From positions 1,120,001 through 1,184,000 of the forward strand of contig OZ253462.1 in the NCBI GenBank assembly GCA_965261395.1: a stretch of 64,000 nt of DNA, written 5' to 3'. The position numbers were made by a program, and so were the translations under genes. This document shows positions 27,450-37,476 of this stretch, piece after piece; positions within the stretch are counted from its first letter, which is position 1; each line of letters starts with the position of its first letter. This DNA is from Candidatus Latescibacterota bacterium (GTDB taxonomy: Bacteria; Latescibacterota; UBA2968; UBA8231). The notes beneath the pieces were generated by a model, which worked only from the letters and a program-made list of their open reading frames with translations, was not told where the DNA came from and did not search any database.

Positions 27450-28985
27450 ATGGTTGAAACAGCCCAAGAGAGACCGACATCTAGGCCCGCCGGGTATGCC
27501 GCACTGATCGAGCGGTACAACCTCGATACCATCCCGAACTGGCACCAATCCAAGGTGACTACCAGCGGAATCCACCGGGTCAACGCCCGTGAAGATGTCA
27601 TCGAGGAAATCTACCCGCTCAAGTACTGGCCTGGGGAAACCTTGGGCAATCACCTTGAATTCGCGCTCAAGTACGACGGGACCAATCTCTCGATTCTCGC
27701 CAGCTTGTTCCAGAAGATAGAAGCGGATGAATTCCTCGAATACGTCCAGTCCAAACCGACTGGTAAGTATGCCCGGAGATTGTGGTTCCTCTACGAGTTC
27801 CTGACCGGCAAGACCCTGCCGCTGGACGACCTGACGCGAGGAAACTATGTCGATTTACTCGAACCGGACGCATACTACACAGTTGCGCCTGCGCGCCCAA
27901 TCCGTCGTCAACGGATCAACGACAACCTGCTCGGTGACCGCCGATTCTGCCCAACTATTCGCCGCACCGCGATTCTGCGAGACCTTGAAACAGCCGACTT
28001 GCCCGCGCGATGCCAGCGCATTGTATCTCGCTATGATCCGGCCTTGCTCAAGCGCGCTCTTGGCTACCTGTACACCAAGGAAACCAAATCGTCGTTTGCA
28101 ATCGAACAGATCAATCCCACCTCGACCCGAACTGAGCGCTTCGTGGCGCTGCTGCAACTGGCGGAGCAAGAGGACTTTTGTCGCAAAGCGCAGTTGGTCG
28201 AGGTGCAAAACCGCATTGTCGATGCACGGTTTCGCGAGGCCGACTACCGAGCGACCCAGAACTTCGTCGGGGAGACGGTCGCTTGGCAAAAAGAACACAT
28301 CTACTTTGTAAGCCCGGTACCTGCCGACTTACCCGACTTGATGGAGGGGCTGCTAGTTGCCCACGCACGCATGGAAGCAGGCCATGTGCCCGCGGTGATG
28401 CAGGCTGCGGCCATCGCCTATGGTTTCGTCTTTCTGCACCCCTTTGAGGACGGCAATGGTCGGATCCACCGCTTCCTGATCCACAACATTCTCGCTCGCC
28501 GTGGCTTTACACCCAAGGGCGTCATGTTTCCCATCTCGGCAACCATGTTGGGGAACTCTGCCGATTATGATGCTTCCTTGGAAGCATTTTCCCGCAAGCT
28601 GATGCCCCTGATAGAACACACGCTCGATGCCAATGGTCGCTTGATCGTGCACAACGATATCGCTGTATGGTACCGCTATATCGACATGACGCCGCAGGCG
28701 GAGGCGCTTTTTCGCTTCATCGAGCAGACCATCGATACGGAACTCGCCGCTGAATTGGCGTTCTTGGCCAACTACGACGAGACCAAGAAAGCGATCCAAG
28801 AAATCGTGGATATGCCCGACCGGCAGATCGATCTCTTCATTCGCTTCTGCCTGCAAAACAAGGGCCGCCTTTCCGCACGCAAACGCGCAACTCACTTCGA
28901 CTATCTATCGGCCGAAGAGATCGCTTCCATGGAACAAGCCCTGCAATCCGAGTTCGGCGGTGAGATGGTGCCGTCGGGCGATTAA
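27450..28985 (+). CDS. Fic family protein (large, N-terminally extended)
   Basis: Canonical HPFEDGNGRIHR; ETKSSFAIE (inhibitory-like SxxxE); ATG 27450 with a GGAG RBS. Confidence 0.9.
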   Translation: MVETAQERPTSRPAGYAALIERYNLDTIPNWHQSKVTTSGIHRVNAREDVIEEIYPLKYWPGETLGNHLEFALKYDGTNLSILASLFQKIEADEFLEYVQSKPTGKYARRLWFLYEFLTGKTLPLDDLTRGNYVDLLEPDAYYTVAPARPIRRQRINDNLLGDRRFCPTIRRTAILRDLETADLPARCQRIVSRYDPALLKRALGYLYTKETKSSFAIEQINPTSTRTERFVALLQLAEQEDFCRKAQLVEVQNRIVDARFREADYRATQNFVGETVAWQKEHIYFVSPVPADLPDLMEGLLVAHARMEAGHVPAVMQAAAIAYGFVFLHPFEDGNGRIHRFLIHNILARRGFTPKGVMFPISATMLGNSADYDASLEAFSRKLMPLIEHTLDANGRLIVHNDIAVWYRYIDMTPQAEALFRFIEQTIDTELAAELAFLANYDETKKAIQEIVDMPDRQIDLFIRFCLQNKGRLSARKRATHFDYLSAEEIASMEQALQSEFGGEMVPSGD

Positions 28986-29054
28986 CCACGGCCAGCGCAT
29001 CCACGACGAGTAAGCGTGGTATCTTTACTTTTTCATTGATCGGAGGAACAAGAC

Positions 29055-29447
29055 GTGACAGAGAAACTATACGAGGCCGCTTTTCCTTATGCCGAGGACA
29101 TCCTCGCCTTGCCGGTGGAAGATCTCGACCAAACTGCGAAGTGGTACGGCGCAGCCTTTGGACTGGTGGAGGTCGAAAGGCGCGACGACCCCGTGCCGAC
29201 GGTCATTCTCGAGCGCGATGATGTGCAGATCGGGTTTGCGGTCAACGGCGGCGACGCCAGCCAAGAAGGCGCGGCTATTCTGGTGAGCGACATCTACAAG
29301 GCTCGCGACGAGCTGGAGGCGAATGGCGTCGAGACGGGCAATTGGCGCGTGGACGAGCGCGATGGGAAAAAGTACCAGGTTTTCTTCGTCGTCGCTCCCG
29401 ACGGGCTTTGCTACTACTTCTACCAGCCGATTGAAAACGCCGGATAG
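29055..29447 (+). CDS. VOC family protein
   Basis: LPVEDL....WY...FG, ILVSDI....DELEANGV and FFVVAPDG; GGAGG RBS. Confidence 0.8.
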   Translation: MTEKLYEAAFPYAEDILALPVEDLDQTAKWYGAAFGLVEVERRDDPVPTVILERDDVQIGFAVNGGDASQEGAAILVSDIYKARDELEANGVETGNWRVDERDGKKYQVFFVVAPDGLCYYFYQPIENAG

Positions 29448-29459
29448 CGGTTGTTGCGA

Positions 29460-32400
29460 TTAATCCGGTCGGCTTACGTCGATCACGCAGACCGAGATTT
29501 TGCGCGCTTCGTCGAAGGACAGCGTCGCTTCCAGTCGCTTTTTCAGCTCTTCGGCGTTAGTGGGGCGGGTGCCGGAGGGCGGTGGCTGTGTGCGGTCTTT
29601 GCCGAACCAGAATACCAAGTAGATGCCGTAGCCGTCTGTGTCTGGGGCGCTCGTGTACAACTTGATCAGTTGGTTCTTACATGCGCTCCATAAATCGCGG
29701 TGCATGTTCTTCTTGATTTCCACCGGCACCTGAAAATCTCCGTATGAAACTCGTATATCGGCTCGCTTGTCATTGGCGTACTGCCCTTCGGGTTGGGCAT
29801 CGATCCCTTGTGGGAGGCGCTTTTGCAGATCCGAAAGCAGCGCATCACGGCAGCGGTCTTCATGCTTCGGAGTGGGAGGCTTCTTGTGCGGCTCGTTCCA
29901 GTACTGACTCCAGTCGTCGGTATTGCCGCGTCGTATCTGGTCGGCAAGCTCGCGCAGCCGGTCCATCACGAGGGCCGCGAGGTCGCCAGGGTTGGCGGGC
30001 GTACCGCCATTCAATGTCTGACAGACCTGCTCGATGGTGCGGTGGCGATAGCTGGCGTCGCGCCAAGCCACCCGTTGGGCATCTCGCGCTTGGGAGAGTA
30101 CGTCGTGCCAGCGGGATAGCGACGAGTCGGCAAGAAGGCGACCCAAGGCATCACTCGCGTCCTTGGTGGGAGAAGCGGCGAGACGTTGTATCAGGCCGTT
30201 GACAAGGCGAGAGGCTTGCATTGCAGGCGTCACCAATCCTTCCTCGTTCCACCACTGATCGGGTCCGGCGTAGTCTCCGATGAGGCGAATGAGGAGTTCC
30301 AATCCCGGAGTCCCCAACACATCAAACGAGAACTGCACGCGACTATCAAAGAACGCCACTAAGTACCGAATCCGGCTTTCTCGAACCTGTACGAACTCGC
30401 TTAGGGAGGCATTGTACGTCTCGGGTGAAACGATGATGCCCGCCGCCAGCCAATGCACACGTTGGGCGACATTCATGCTCGACCGAGATAGCTTTCTGCG
30501 GATCAGTTCCTCAAGCGATGCTCTGTCTGCATGCTGAATTGCGGCCCAGAGCAGATGATCCAAGCCTTCGATCTGTTTTTGTTTGCAGCGAGTTGGAAAG
30601 GCGCGGAGCAGGGGTAGGCTTGCGTATTTGGCGACTTGATCGTGGTCCGTGTCGTGCGCGAGTTCCGCGAGCTTATAGATATGCTCACGACCACTGCGAA
30701 ACTCACAAATGGCGAATTGTACCTGCACCTCGGCGACGATCTTAGGACGCGCCGTAATTAGTCGTCGATACCATCCGGGTCGATAATCCGCGTGGGACGT
30801 ACAGTAACAGAACGCAATTGCCCTACGAATCCGATCGTCGCTCCAGCGGGATGGGTCTTCTTCCGGAGCTATCCTTTCGAGTTCCGCTAAACCTGCTAGA
30901 AACGGCAGACCGAGATTGTGCCTATATCTTTTTTTTCTAAGACTGAGAATCTCCTTGACGTCCGGAACGTCCTCCCGGTCAACCGCACCACGGAAGCTCC
31001 GAAGCGTGGCATTAATCAAACCACAGTCGCCTCGAAGCATTTTCGCAACGATCTCTGGTCCATCAGTGCCGCTAAAATCATCGAAGTGTCCAAAGTACAC
31101 CTGTGCCAATTTATAAAGTAGAGCGGGCTCGGCTCGGTTTTCGCACAGTGCGTCCTTGTTGGAGCGGATATAGGCAAGCCATTGCTCCTGTTGCTGCTGC
31201 CGTTCCTGTTCCTGTTGCTGCTCTTCTTGCTGCCACTGTTCCTCGAATTCAGTTGCCTCGGCAATAGAATCAAGCAGTCGATCCAGATACACCTTCAACG
31301 TCTCGTTTCTCTGCGTGTATTCTTGTAGAACTTCGCGTGACAGGCCTTCGTTGAAAGCCCGCCCGAGCAGGTATTCGGCAATTAGCGGTTTGGTGTCCGC
31401 CAAGGCATCGGCCTGCTTCAGGCACCAGGGACCGAAGTCGGGCGGTGAACTGGCACCGTACAAACGGTTTTGGACTTTGATTGCATGCCGCCTGAATTCG
31501 TCGGATTCTGGACACCGGGACAGCCCCTCCATGAAGATGGCCTTATGGATCTTGGGACGTCGTTCCAGCCACGAGCGTATCTCCTGAATGGCCTGGTCAT
31601 TGAGGCTGTTTCTCATCCTCTCAGACCGCACGCTGAGCCAATCGTACAGATGCTCCGTGTCCAGTTGGTCTCCATGCGCTTTCAGGCCATGGGCTAAGAG
31701 TTTGAGAGGAAGTTTGTTCAAATGACGGACATCCAGAGCAGACTCCAAGCAGGGAAGCCGCTGCTGCAGATTGTCGAGGAGTTCGACTACCTGTTCGTCC
31801 GAGGACTTCTTGAGAAGTTCGGTATCCCAGAATCGCCAGTAACTTCCGAAGAATTCCGTATTCCCTTTTTCGGAAAGGCAATCCCACACCTCCGACGGCG
31901 GCAGCTCTTGGGGGTAAAGCTGGGCCAGCAGGGTTCCGAGAAGCTCGTTATCGGCATCGGAAAGGCTTCCAGAGTGAATGTCAGCTAGCAGTGCTTTGAG
32001 CTTGCTCGTTTTGTCTTCGATGTTCGAGCAGTTGTGGATGAAGGCATCAAGGGCGGCATAATTGACGCGCGGCCACCACGTGTCGTCGCGGACGATTTCG
32101 AGCAGAAGCTCTGAAAGATCCGGCAGGGGTCCGCCTTCCCGCAGGGGTCCGCCTTCCCTCAGAACGCGTAGTACGAAATCGGTAAACATCTGGTGGTCCC
32201 GGTCGCGATTACTGTCGCTCAGGATCGACTCGAGCACGGGTTCCATATAGGGCGTGGCAAGCGCACTAAAAGCCGCAGTCATATTCCACACGGAATCGAG
32301 CCGAACCCCCTCGTTGTTCAAGGATTCCAGCAGCGCATGTTTCTCGTCGGTGGAGAACTCGCGGATGTCGCCATATAGACCGACGCCGATAGGACCGCGT

Positions 32401-33509
32401 TCGATAAGGTCCGTCCGGACGTCTTCGCAATGGGCCGCGAGCCAAGCGGACAAGCCCCTCATCTCCGTAACTACGGTGCCGTCCTCTCCCTCAATCAGGG
32501 CGATCACGCGCCGAGCGGGGAGCCCGCTTTTGATGACTCTGGCGAGGTGCCGAGCGCCGAGGAATTCGGCGATGTGGCGATGAACCGGGGTGAAGCGGTC
32601 ATTAGATACGCCCTTGAACAACTTCGTGGCGAGTGCAGACCGGAGCGCTTCGGGGCTATCGTAGTCGCATTGGTCCAGAGTGGGATACTCTTCATCCGGC
32701 TGCCCGCGCAACGTGTGTCCGGCGGTACCCGAAATCAATTGAATGTCACAGAGGCGTCCGGCGGCGTCGAGAAGTTGGTCGGGTGTAGGTGGACTGTTTG
32801 ACTCCTGCGCCGCTTGATGTTCCTCGTTGTGCTCGCGAATCATTTGACCGCAAGCCATCTCAAAAGTCTCTTTGCGACTTTTCGGCCACCCGCCGCCTTG
32901 GGCCACAACATCGGCCAACATCTTGAGGGTCTGTGGATTTGCAAGCAGTCCCTCGACACCCCGCTCCTCGGCTGCCGCGATGAATGCATCGGCGTCGTTA
33001 ATGTCTGGTCGGGCATTCAGGATGTCGGCGATGTCCGAATTCGTCAGGGGATTGAGCCGCAGAACTGTCACCTTGGAGTCCGATGAGACAGATTCCAAGC
33101 GCCTCCGATCATTGGCCCCCAGCCAGTCCGCTTCCCGACACGAGAGGCGAAAGCGCGGCCTCCCCAACTCGTCGAGACGCCCGCGTATCTGGTTAAATGG
33201 TGTGCGAGCATCGTCCGCACCGACGCGGATTTCATCAAGTCCGTCGATAAAGAGCGTCTTGTCGTGCCATTCAGGATGGCTCTGCGGATTGAAGGTTAAG
33301 AAGTCACGGGCTGTAATCAGACAGGCATTCTCCCCAAGTGCCGCGCACTCGACCTCAAACGCAGTCGTCTTGCCTGCCCCAGGATCACCGAGCAACACAT
33401 AGGCCGGCACATCCCGGAACGATTCAAGAAGCCGAGACTCCTTCTCCCGAGGCTGATTCGCATTCCCTGCTGAGATTTCGGTGCAGGTGCGGGGAACGAT
33501 CATGTTCAC
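29460..33509 (-). CDS. NACHT/STAND NTPase with C-terminal PD-(D/E)xK-like nuclease domain (NLR/Avs-like)
   Basis: Walker A LLGDPGAGKTT, Walker B LFIDGLDE, LSCR and NPQTL; long helical middle region; C-terminal RADIRV...VPVEIK...QLIKLY...GIYLVFWFG. Confidence 0.8.
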   Translation of the reverse strand: MNMIVPRTCTEISAGNANQPREKESRLLESFRDVPAYVLLGDPGAGKTTAFEVECAALGENACLITARDFLTFNPQSHPEWHDKTLFIDGLDEIRVGADDARTPFNQIRGRLDELGRPRFRLSCREADWLGANDRRRLESVSSDSKVTVLRLNPLTNSDIADILNARPDINDADAFIAAAEERGVEGLLANPQTLKMLADVVAQGGGWPKSRKETFEMACGQMIREHNEEHQAAQESNSPPTPDQLLDAAGRLCDIQLISGTAGHTLRGQPDEEYPTLDQCDYDSPEALRSALATKLFKGVSNDRFTPVHRHIAEFLGARHLARVIKSGLPARRVIALIEGEDGTVVTEMRGLSAWLAAHCEDVRTDLIERGPIGVGLYGDIREFSTDEKHALLESLNNEGVRLDSVWNMTAAFSALATPYMEPVLESILSDSNRDRDHQMFTDFVLRVLREGGPLREGGPLPDLSELLLEIVRDDTWWPRVNYAALDAFIHNCSNIEDKTSKLKALLADIHSGSLSDADNELLGTLLAQLYPQELPPSEVWDCLSEKGNTEFFGSYWRFWDTELLKKSSDEQVVELLDNLQQRLPCLESALDVRHLNKLPLKLLAHGLKAHGDQLDTEHLYDWLSVRSERMRNSLNDQAIQEIRSWLERRPKIHKAIFMEGLSRCPESDEFRRHAIKVQNRLYGASSPPDFGPWCLKQADALADTKPLIAEYLLGRAFNEGLSREVLQEYTQRNETLKVYLDRLLDSIAEATEFEEQWQQEEQQQEQERQQQQEQWLAYIRSNKDALCENRAEPALLYKLAQVYFGHFDDFSGTDGPEIVAKMLRGDCGLINATLRSFRGAVDREDVPDVKEILSLRKKRYRHNLGLPFLAGLAELERIAPEEDPSRWSDDRIRRAIAFCYCTSHADYRPGWYRRLITARPKIVAEVQVQFAICEFRSGREHIYKLAELAHDTDHDQVAKYASLPLLRAFPTRCKQKQIEGLDHLLWAAIQHADRASLEELIRRKLSRSSMNVAQRVHWLAAGIIVSPETYNASLSEFVQVRESRIRYLVAFFDSRVQFSFDVLGTPGLELLIRLIGDYAGPDQWWNEEGLVTPAMQASRLVNGLIQRLAASPTKDASDALGRLLADSSLSRWHDVLSQARDAQRVAWRDASYRHRTIEQVCQTLNGGTPANPGDLAALVMDRLRELADQIRRGNTDDWSQYWNEPHKKPPTPKHEDRCRDALLSDLQKRLPQGIDAQPEGQYANDKRADIRVSYGDFQVPVEIKKNMHRDLWSACKNQLIKLYTSAPDTDGYGIYLVFWFGKDRTQPPPSGTRPTNAEELKKRLEATLSFDEARKISVCVIDVSRPD
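32123..32158. repeat. Perfect 18-bp tandem duplication inside the NACHT gene
   Basis: GCAGGGGTCCGCCTTCCC occurs twice in tandem, producing LREGGPLREGGPL. Confidence 0.9.
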
Positions 33510-34756
33510 GCTTCCTCGAACCAGTAATGGGCGGGCACCGTGAGAAACTCATTGAGTGGTATCCCACCTTCCCCAACGAGCAGCAAACGACGCGGACTAA
33601 AGCACCGTTCAAACTCGTCCATGCCTCCCAAGGGCATCCTCTTCGCGCCGCTCTTCACTTCGATGGCGACGATCCGAGTGCCCCGTTGCAGGACGAAATC
33701 GACTTCGTGCGACCCGTCTCGCCAGTAGTGAAGACGGATGTCGGATGTTGCGGTGTTGAACAAGTGCGCGCCGACCGCGCTCTCGACTATGCGCCCCCAG
33801 AAGCTGCGGTCCGCCTGCGCCTCAGCGAAGGAATACCCCGAACCGGCGGTCATCAAAGCCGTGTTGAGCACATTGAGCTTGGGGCTTGAGGCGCGAACCC
33901 GATGCACTCGGCCCGCGTATTTCGGCACCCCGGCAAGTAAACCGGCGCTCGCGAGCAAATCGAGATAGCGCGCCAAGGTGGTCGTGTTGCCAGCGTCCTG
34001 GAGTTGCCCCAGCATCTTGGTGTACGACAGGATCTGCCCGGAATAGACGGCGCCCAATTCAAAGAGCCGCTTCAGCAGCGCCGGTTTGTCCACTCGGGTC
34101 ATGGCGAGGAGGTCTCGCTCAATGTTCGGCTCAATGAGTGCGCCGAGGATATAGTCGCGCCACCGATCTGGGTCACGAACGAATGGAACCGCGCCTGGAT
34201 AGCCGCCGAAGTAGAAGTAGTGCGGCAGGTCGAAGTCGAAGGCCGCGGACATTTCGTCGAAAGACCAGTGCGTGACGCGGATAGATTCAAAGCGGCCGGC
34301 GAGGCTCTCGCTCAATCCCGACTGCATGAGCAGCGGGGCCGAGCCGAGGATGACCACGTGCAAGGGACAACCTCTGGCGCGGTCGGCGTCCCACAGCCCC
34401 TTTATGGTCTCCGACCACTGAGGAATCTTCTGAATCTCGTCGAACACCAGCACGAATCCCCCTAATTGTTCCGCCTCGCGCCGGGCTTCTTCCCAGTGGA
34501 GAACCAGCCATTCCGCATCTCGCACCTGTGGCGCAAGGAAGGTCGTCTCCGTGGCAGCGGATGGGACGCGGAATTCGCTAGAGTCGGGTTCATCAATAGC
34601 TAAGTAGCGGCTTTCGAGGTCAATCTGCCGCAGTGCTTGGCGCACAATCGTGGTCTTGCCGGTTTGACGCGGCCCGAATAGGGCGATGAGCTGCCGGGGC
34701 GGCTCGGCGAACCGACGATAGAGCGTGGTGACTTGAGGACGTTGAAAGGATGCCAT
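33506..34756 (-). CDS. AAA_14 ATPase with C-terminal DUF4143 (PD-(D/E)xK-like) domain
   Basis: Motifs GPRQTGKTT, FDEIQK, LGSA, ESLAGR, GGYP and EVDFV...IEVKSG. Confidence 0.9.
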   Translation of the reverse strand: MASFQRPQVTTLYRRFAEPPRQLIALFGPRQTGKTTIVRQALRQIDLESRYLAIDEPDSSEFRVPSAATETTFLAPQVRDAEWLVLHWEEARREAEQLGGFVLVFDEIQKIPQWSETIKGLWDADRARGCPLHVVILGSAPLLMQSGLSESLAGRFESIRVTHWSFDEMSAAFDFDLPHYFYFGGYPGAVPFVRDPDRWRDYILGALIEPNIERDLLAMTRVDKPALLKRLFELGAVYSGQILSYTKMLGQLQDAGNTTTLARYLDLLASAGLLAGVPKYAGRVHRVRASSPKLNVLNTALMTAGSGYSFAEAQADRSFWGRIVESAVGAHLFNTATSDIRLHYWRDGSHEVDFVLQRGTRIVAIEVKSGAKRMPLGGMDEFERCFSPRRLLLVGEGGIPLNEFLTVPAHYWFEEA

Positions 34757-34764
34757 AGAGATTA

Positions 34765-34802
34765 AATTACGCTACTGAGTAATTTTACTCAATAGCGTAA
34801 TT
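34765..34802. promoter_or_regulatory. 38-bp near-perfect palindrome, candidate operator
   Basis: AATTACGCTACTGAGTAA-TT-TTACTCAATAGCGTAATT: 18-bp arms with 1 mismatch, ending 8 bp upstream of the ATG at 34756. Confidence 0.7.
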
Positions 34803-34859
34803 AGGCACAAAACTGGTCGGTGTGAATTTGGATCGAAAATCGCAACTCAGGCCTCCCCT

Positions 34860-34886
34860 CTGGATTCCGGCTTTCACCGGGATGGC
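34860..34886 (-). repeat. REP-like small palindromic element (single copy)
   Basis: Minus strand reads GCCATCCCGGTGAAAGCCGGAATCCAG, resembling the GTCATTCCCGCGAAAGCGGGAATCCAG class of intergenic repeats. Confidence 0.45.
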
Positions 34887-34962
34887 TTTTTGAAAGTGTT
34901 GGCGAATCAACCCATGCTTATCATTTATAAATGACTGCGGATCGCTATACAAAGGACCGCCC

Positions 34963-37476
34963 GTGAGCAAAACTCCCTTGGCTCTGCTGATCCTGTTCTT
35001 TTTTTCCGGGGCCTGTTCCCTCGTCTATCAGGTCGTCTGGGTGCGTATGTTGATGCCCGTATTCGGCGTCAGCACCTTTGCCGTCAGCATTGTCCTAGCC
35101 GCCTTTATGGCCGGTCTCGCCTTGGGCAGCTATTGGTGCGGACGGGTGGCTGACCGTCGAGGCAACGGCCTGCGGCTCTACGCGCTGTTGGAGCTGGGCA
35201 TAGGCGTCTTCGCTCTGATATTTCCGCTTCTGCTTGCGGGTTTAGACGAGGTGTACACGGCGCTATATGGCTCTTTGCAAGGTATAGACGGGGCCTTTGT
35301 GCTCGTCCGCTTGGTGCTCGCATTCGCGCTGCTTTTGGTGCCGACCACCCTCATGGGCGCCACCCTGCCAACGCTGAGCAAGGCCGTGGCGCACCGCTTG
35401 GAGCGAGTCGGCGGAGACATGGGACGCCTGTATGCGGCCAATACGCTAGGCGCGGCCACCGGATGCGCGGTGGCGGCTTTTTTCGCGCTCGAACACTTGG
35501 GGGTTAGCGGCACTACTTACGCGGCGGCGGCGGGCAACCTGCTCATCGCCTTGGTCGCCTATTGCTGGAGCCGCGATGGCCAACAGGAGCAGACGGATGT
35601 AGGACGAGATGTAGCGCCCACCACCTTAGAGAGCCGGCTGGTCCTGGGGGGATTTGCGCTTTCGGGGTTTGTAGCCCTCGGATACGAGGTGCTGTGGACG
35701 CGGCTGTTGGCGATGCTCCTACAAAGTGCCACCGCCCAAAGCCTGAGCACGATCCTCGTCGCCTTCCTACTGGGGTTGGCCGGTGGGGCCGCGCTCGGGG
35801 CGCGCTTGATCGATCGCTGGCGCACGCCGCTTGCTGCCTTTGGCGCGGCGGAACTGCTCATCGGGCTGTGTGGCCTAAGCTCGATTGCCGCCTTTGGCAG
35901 CATACCCTATATCGTCGAGGCGTGGGGCGGCGCGCTCTCGTGGGAGGGCCATCTGTCCAAGCTGTTCGTCGCCGCCTTCGTGGTAATGCTCCCGGCGACG
36001 CTGCTGATGGGGCTACTCTTTCCGATTGCGGCCAAGGTGTGCATCCCGCGCATTGAGCAGCTAGGGCGCGGCGTCGGCACCGTGTACGCCGCCAATACGC
36101 TGGGGGCCATTGGCGGCGCACTAGTCGCCGGGTTTGTGCTGCTGCCGCTGCTGGGTACCTATCGGAGCATTCAGGTGTTGGCGTGGGTCAATATCGCCAT
36201 CGGTGCGGTGATCTTGGCGCTGGACCCGGCGGCGCAGCCGCGTACAAAGGCCGTGCGCACGGTCGGCGGCTTGGCGTTGGGGTTGGTCCTGACGCTGCTT
36301 TTGCCGGCCGGCCTTTTCGTCGAGCTGTTCCACTGGTCCGAGCCAAACAGCCGCTTGCTCTACTGGGATGAGGGCGCTGGTGCCACGGTCTCGGTCCACC
36401 AGAAACAGGACGGCGTGCGGATCCTCAAGGTCAACGGCGGCGGCGAGGTCCCCACTGACTACGCCTCGCTGCAGACCTTCCGCTTGCTGGGGCACTTGCC
36501 GCTAGTCTTGCACCCCGATCCAGCCGAAGTGCTGGTCATTGCTTTTGGCGGCGGCATCACCCTGTCCGCAGCCGAATTGCATCGGCCAGAGCGCCTCGAC
36601 TGTGCCGAACTGGTGCCGGGCGTCCCGCGAGCTGCGCCCTATTTTGCCCGCCACAATCGCCAGATCGCCACGCGCCTCGACCAAGCGCCCATCGAACTGG
36701 TCACCGAAGATGGCCGCAACCACGTGCTGCGCACGCAGCGGCAATACGACGCCATCATCTGCGACGCCACGCATCCGGGCACGGCCGATAGCTGGGTGCT
36801 CTATACGGAGGAGTTCTACCGGCTCTGCCGCCGCCGCGTCGGCACGGCCGGGCTGGTAGCGCAGTGGCTGCCGCTGCACGGGCTGTCGGTGGAGGACTAC
36901 AAGATGATCCTGCGGACCTTCCGGGCCGTGTATCCGCACGCTTCGCTGTGGCTGACCCATCAGTATTCGATCCTGCTGGGCACGCCGGGCGCACTGCACA
37001 TAGACTACGCTGCGCTCGAGCGCAAGCTAGGGCAGCCGGCGGTGCGAGCGAATTTGCGCTCGGTGGATCTGGGCGATCCGCCCTCTTTTTTGAGCGCCTT
37101 AGTCTTGGGCGAAAAGGAGCTAGCGGCCTACGCGGGTAGCGGGCCGATCAATACGGACGACCGCCCTTACATCAGCTTTACCGACCGCCGCCGCCGTGGC
37201 ACCAGCGGTGGCCTACCCGTACTTAGGAGCTTAGTCGATCACATAGTCGTCAATCCGCGACCGTACCTCTCGGCAGACACGCCCACGGAGGTGGTCGAAG
37301 CACTCGAACGGCGCTTGGCTGCCCGGCGGCACACCGTACTCGGGACGATTGCCCTGCTAGAAAAAGATGAGGAGCAAGCGGCGGCGGATTTTGCGCGGGC
37401 GCGGGAAATAGACCCCGGAGAGCGAGGCGCGCTGCGCGGACTCAAACAACGGAGCGGACGCCCTACGGCTCCCTGA
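34963..37476 (+). CDS. Fused multi-pass membrane / spermidine synthase-like SAM-fold protein
   Basis: About 13 hydrophobic segments with a duplicated SG...L.Y(Q/E)V.W.R and YAANTLG, followed by VLVIAFGGG, EDGRN and DAIICDATHP..LYTEEFY. Confidence 0.85.
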   Translation: MSKTPLALLILFFFSGACSLVYQVVWVRMLMPVFGVSTFAVSIVLAAFMAGLALGSYWCGRVADRRGNGLRLYALLELGIGVFALIFPLLLAGLDEVYTALYGSLQGIDGAFVLVRLVLAFALLLVPTTLMGATLPTLSKAVAHRLERVGGDMGRLYAANTLGAATGCAVAAFFALEHLGVSGTTYAAAAGNLLIALVAYCWSRDGQQEQTDVGRDVAPTTLESRLVLGGFALSGFVALGYEVLWTRLLAMLLQSATAQSLSTILVAFLLGLAGGAALGARLIDRWRTPLAAFGAAELLIGLCGLSSIAAFGSIPYIVEAWGGALSWEGHLSKLFVAAFVVMLPATLLMGLLFPIAAKVCIPRIEQLGRGVGTVYAANTLGAIGGALVAGFVLLPLLGTYRSIQVLAWVNIAIGAVILALDPAAQPRTKAVRTVGGLALGLVLTLLLPAGLFVELFHWSEPNSRLLYWDEGAGATVSVHQKQDGVRILKVNGGGEVPTDYASLQTFRLLGHLPLVLHPDPAEVLVIAFGGGITLSAAELHRPERLDCAELVPGVPRAAPYFARHNRQIATRLDQAPIELVTEDGRNHVLRTQRQYDAIICDATHPGTADSWVLYTEEFYRLCRRRVGTAGLVAQWLPLHGLSVEDYKMILRTFRAVYPHASLWLTHQYSILLGTPGALHIDYAALERKLGQPAVRANLRSVDLGDPPSFLSALVLGEKELAAYAGSGPINTDDRPYISFTDRRRRGTSGGLPVLRSLVDHIVVNPRPYLSADTPTEVVEALERRLAARRHTVLGTIALLEKDEEQAAADFARAREIDPGERGALRGLKQRSGRPTAP

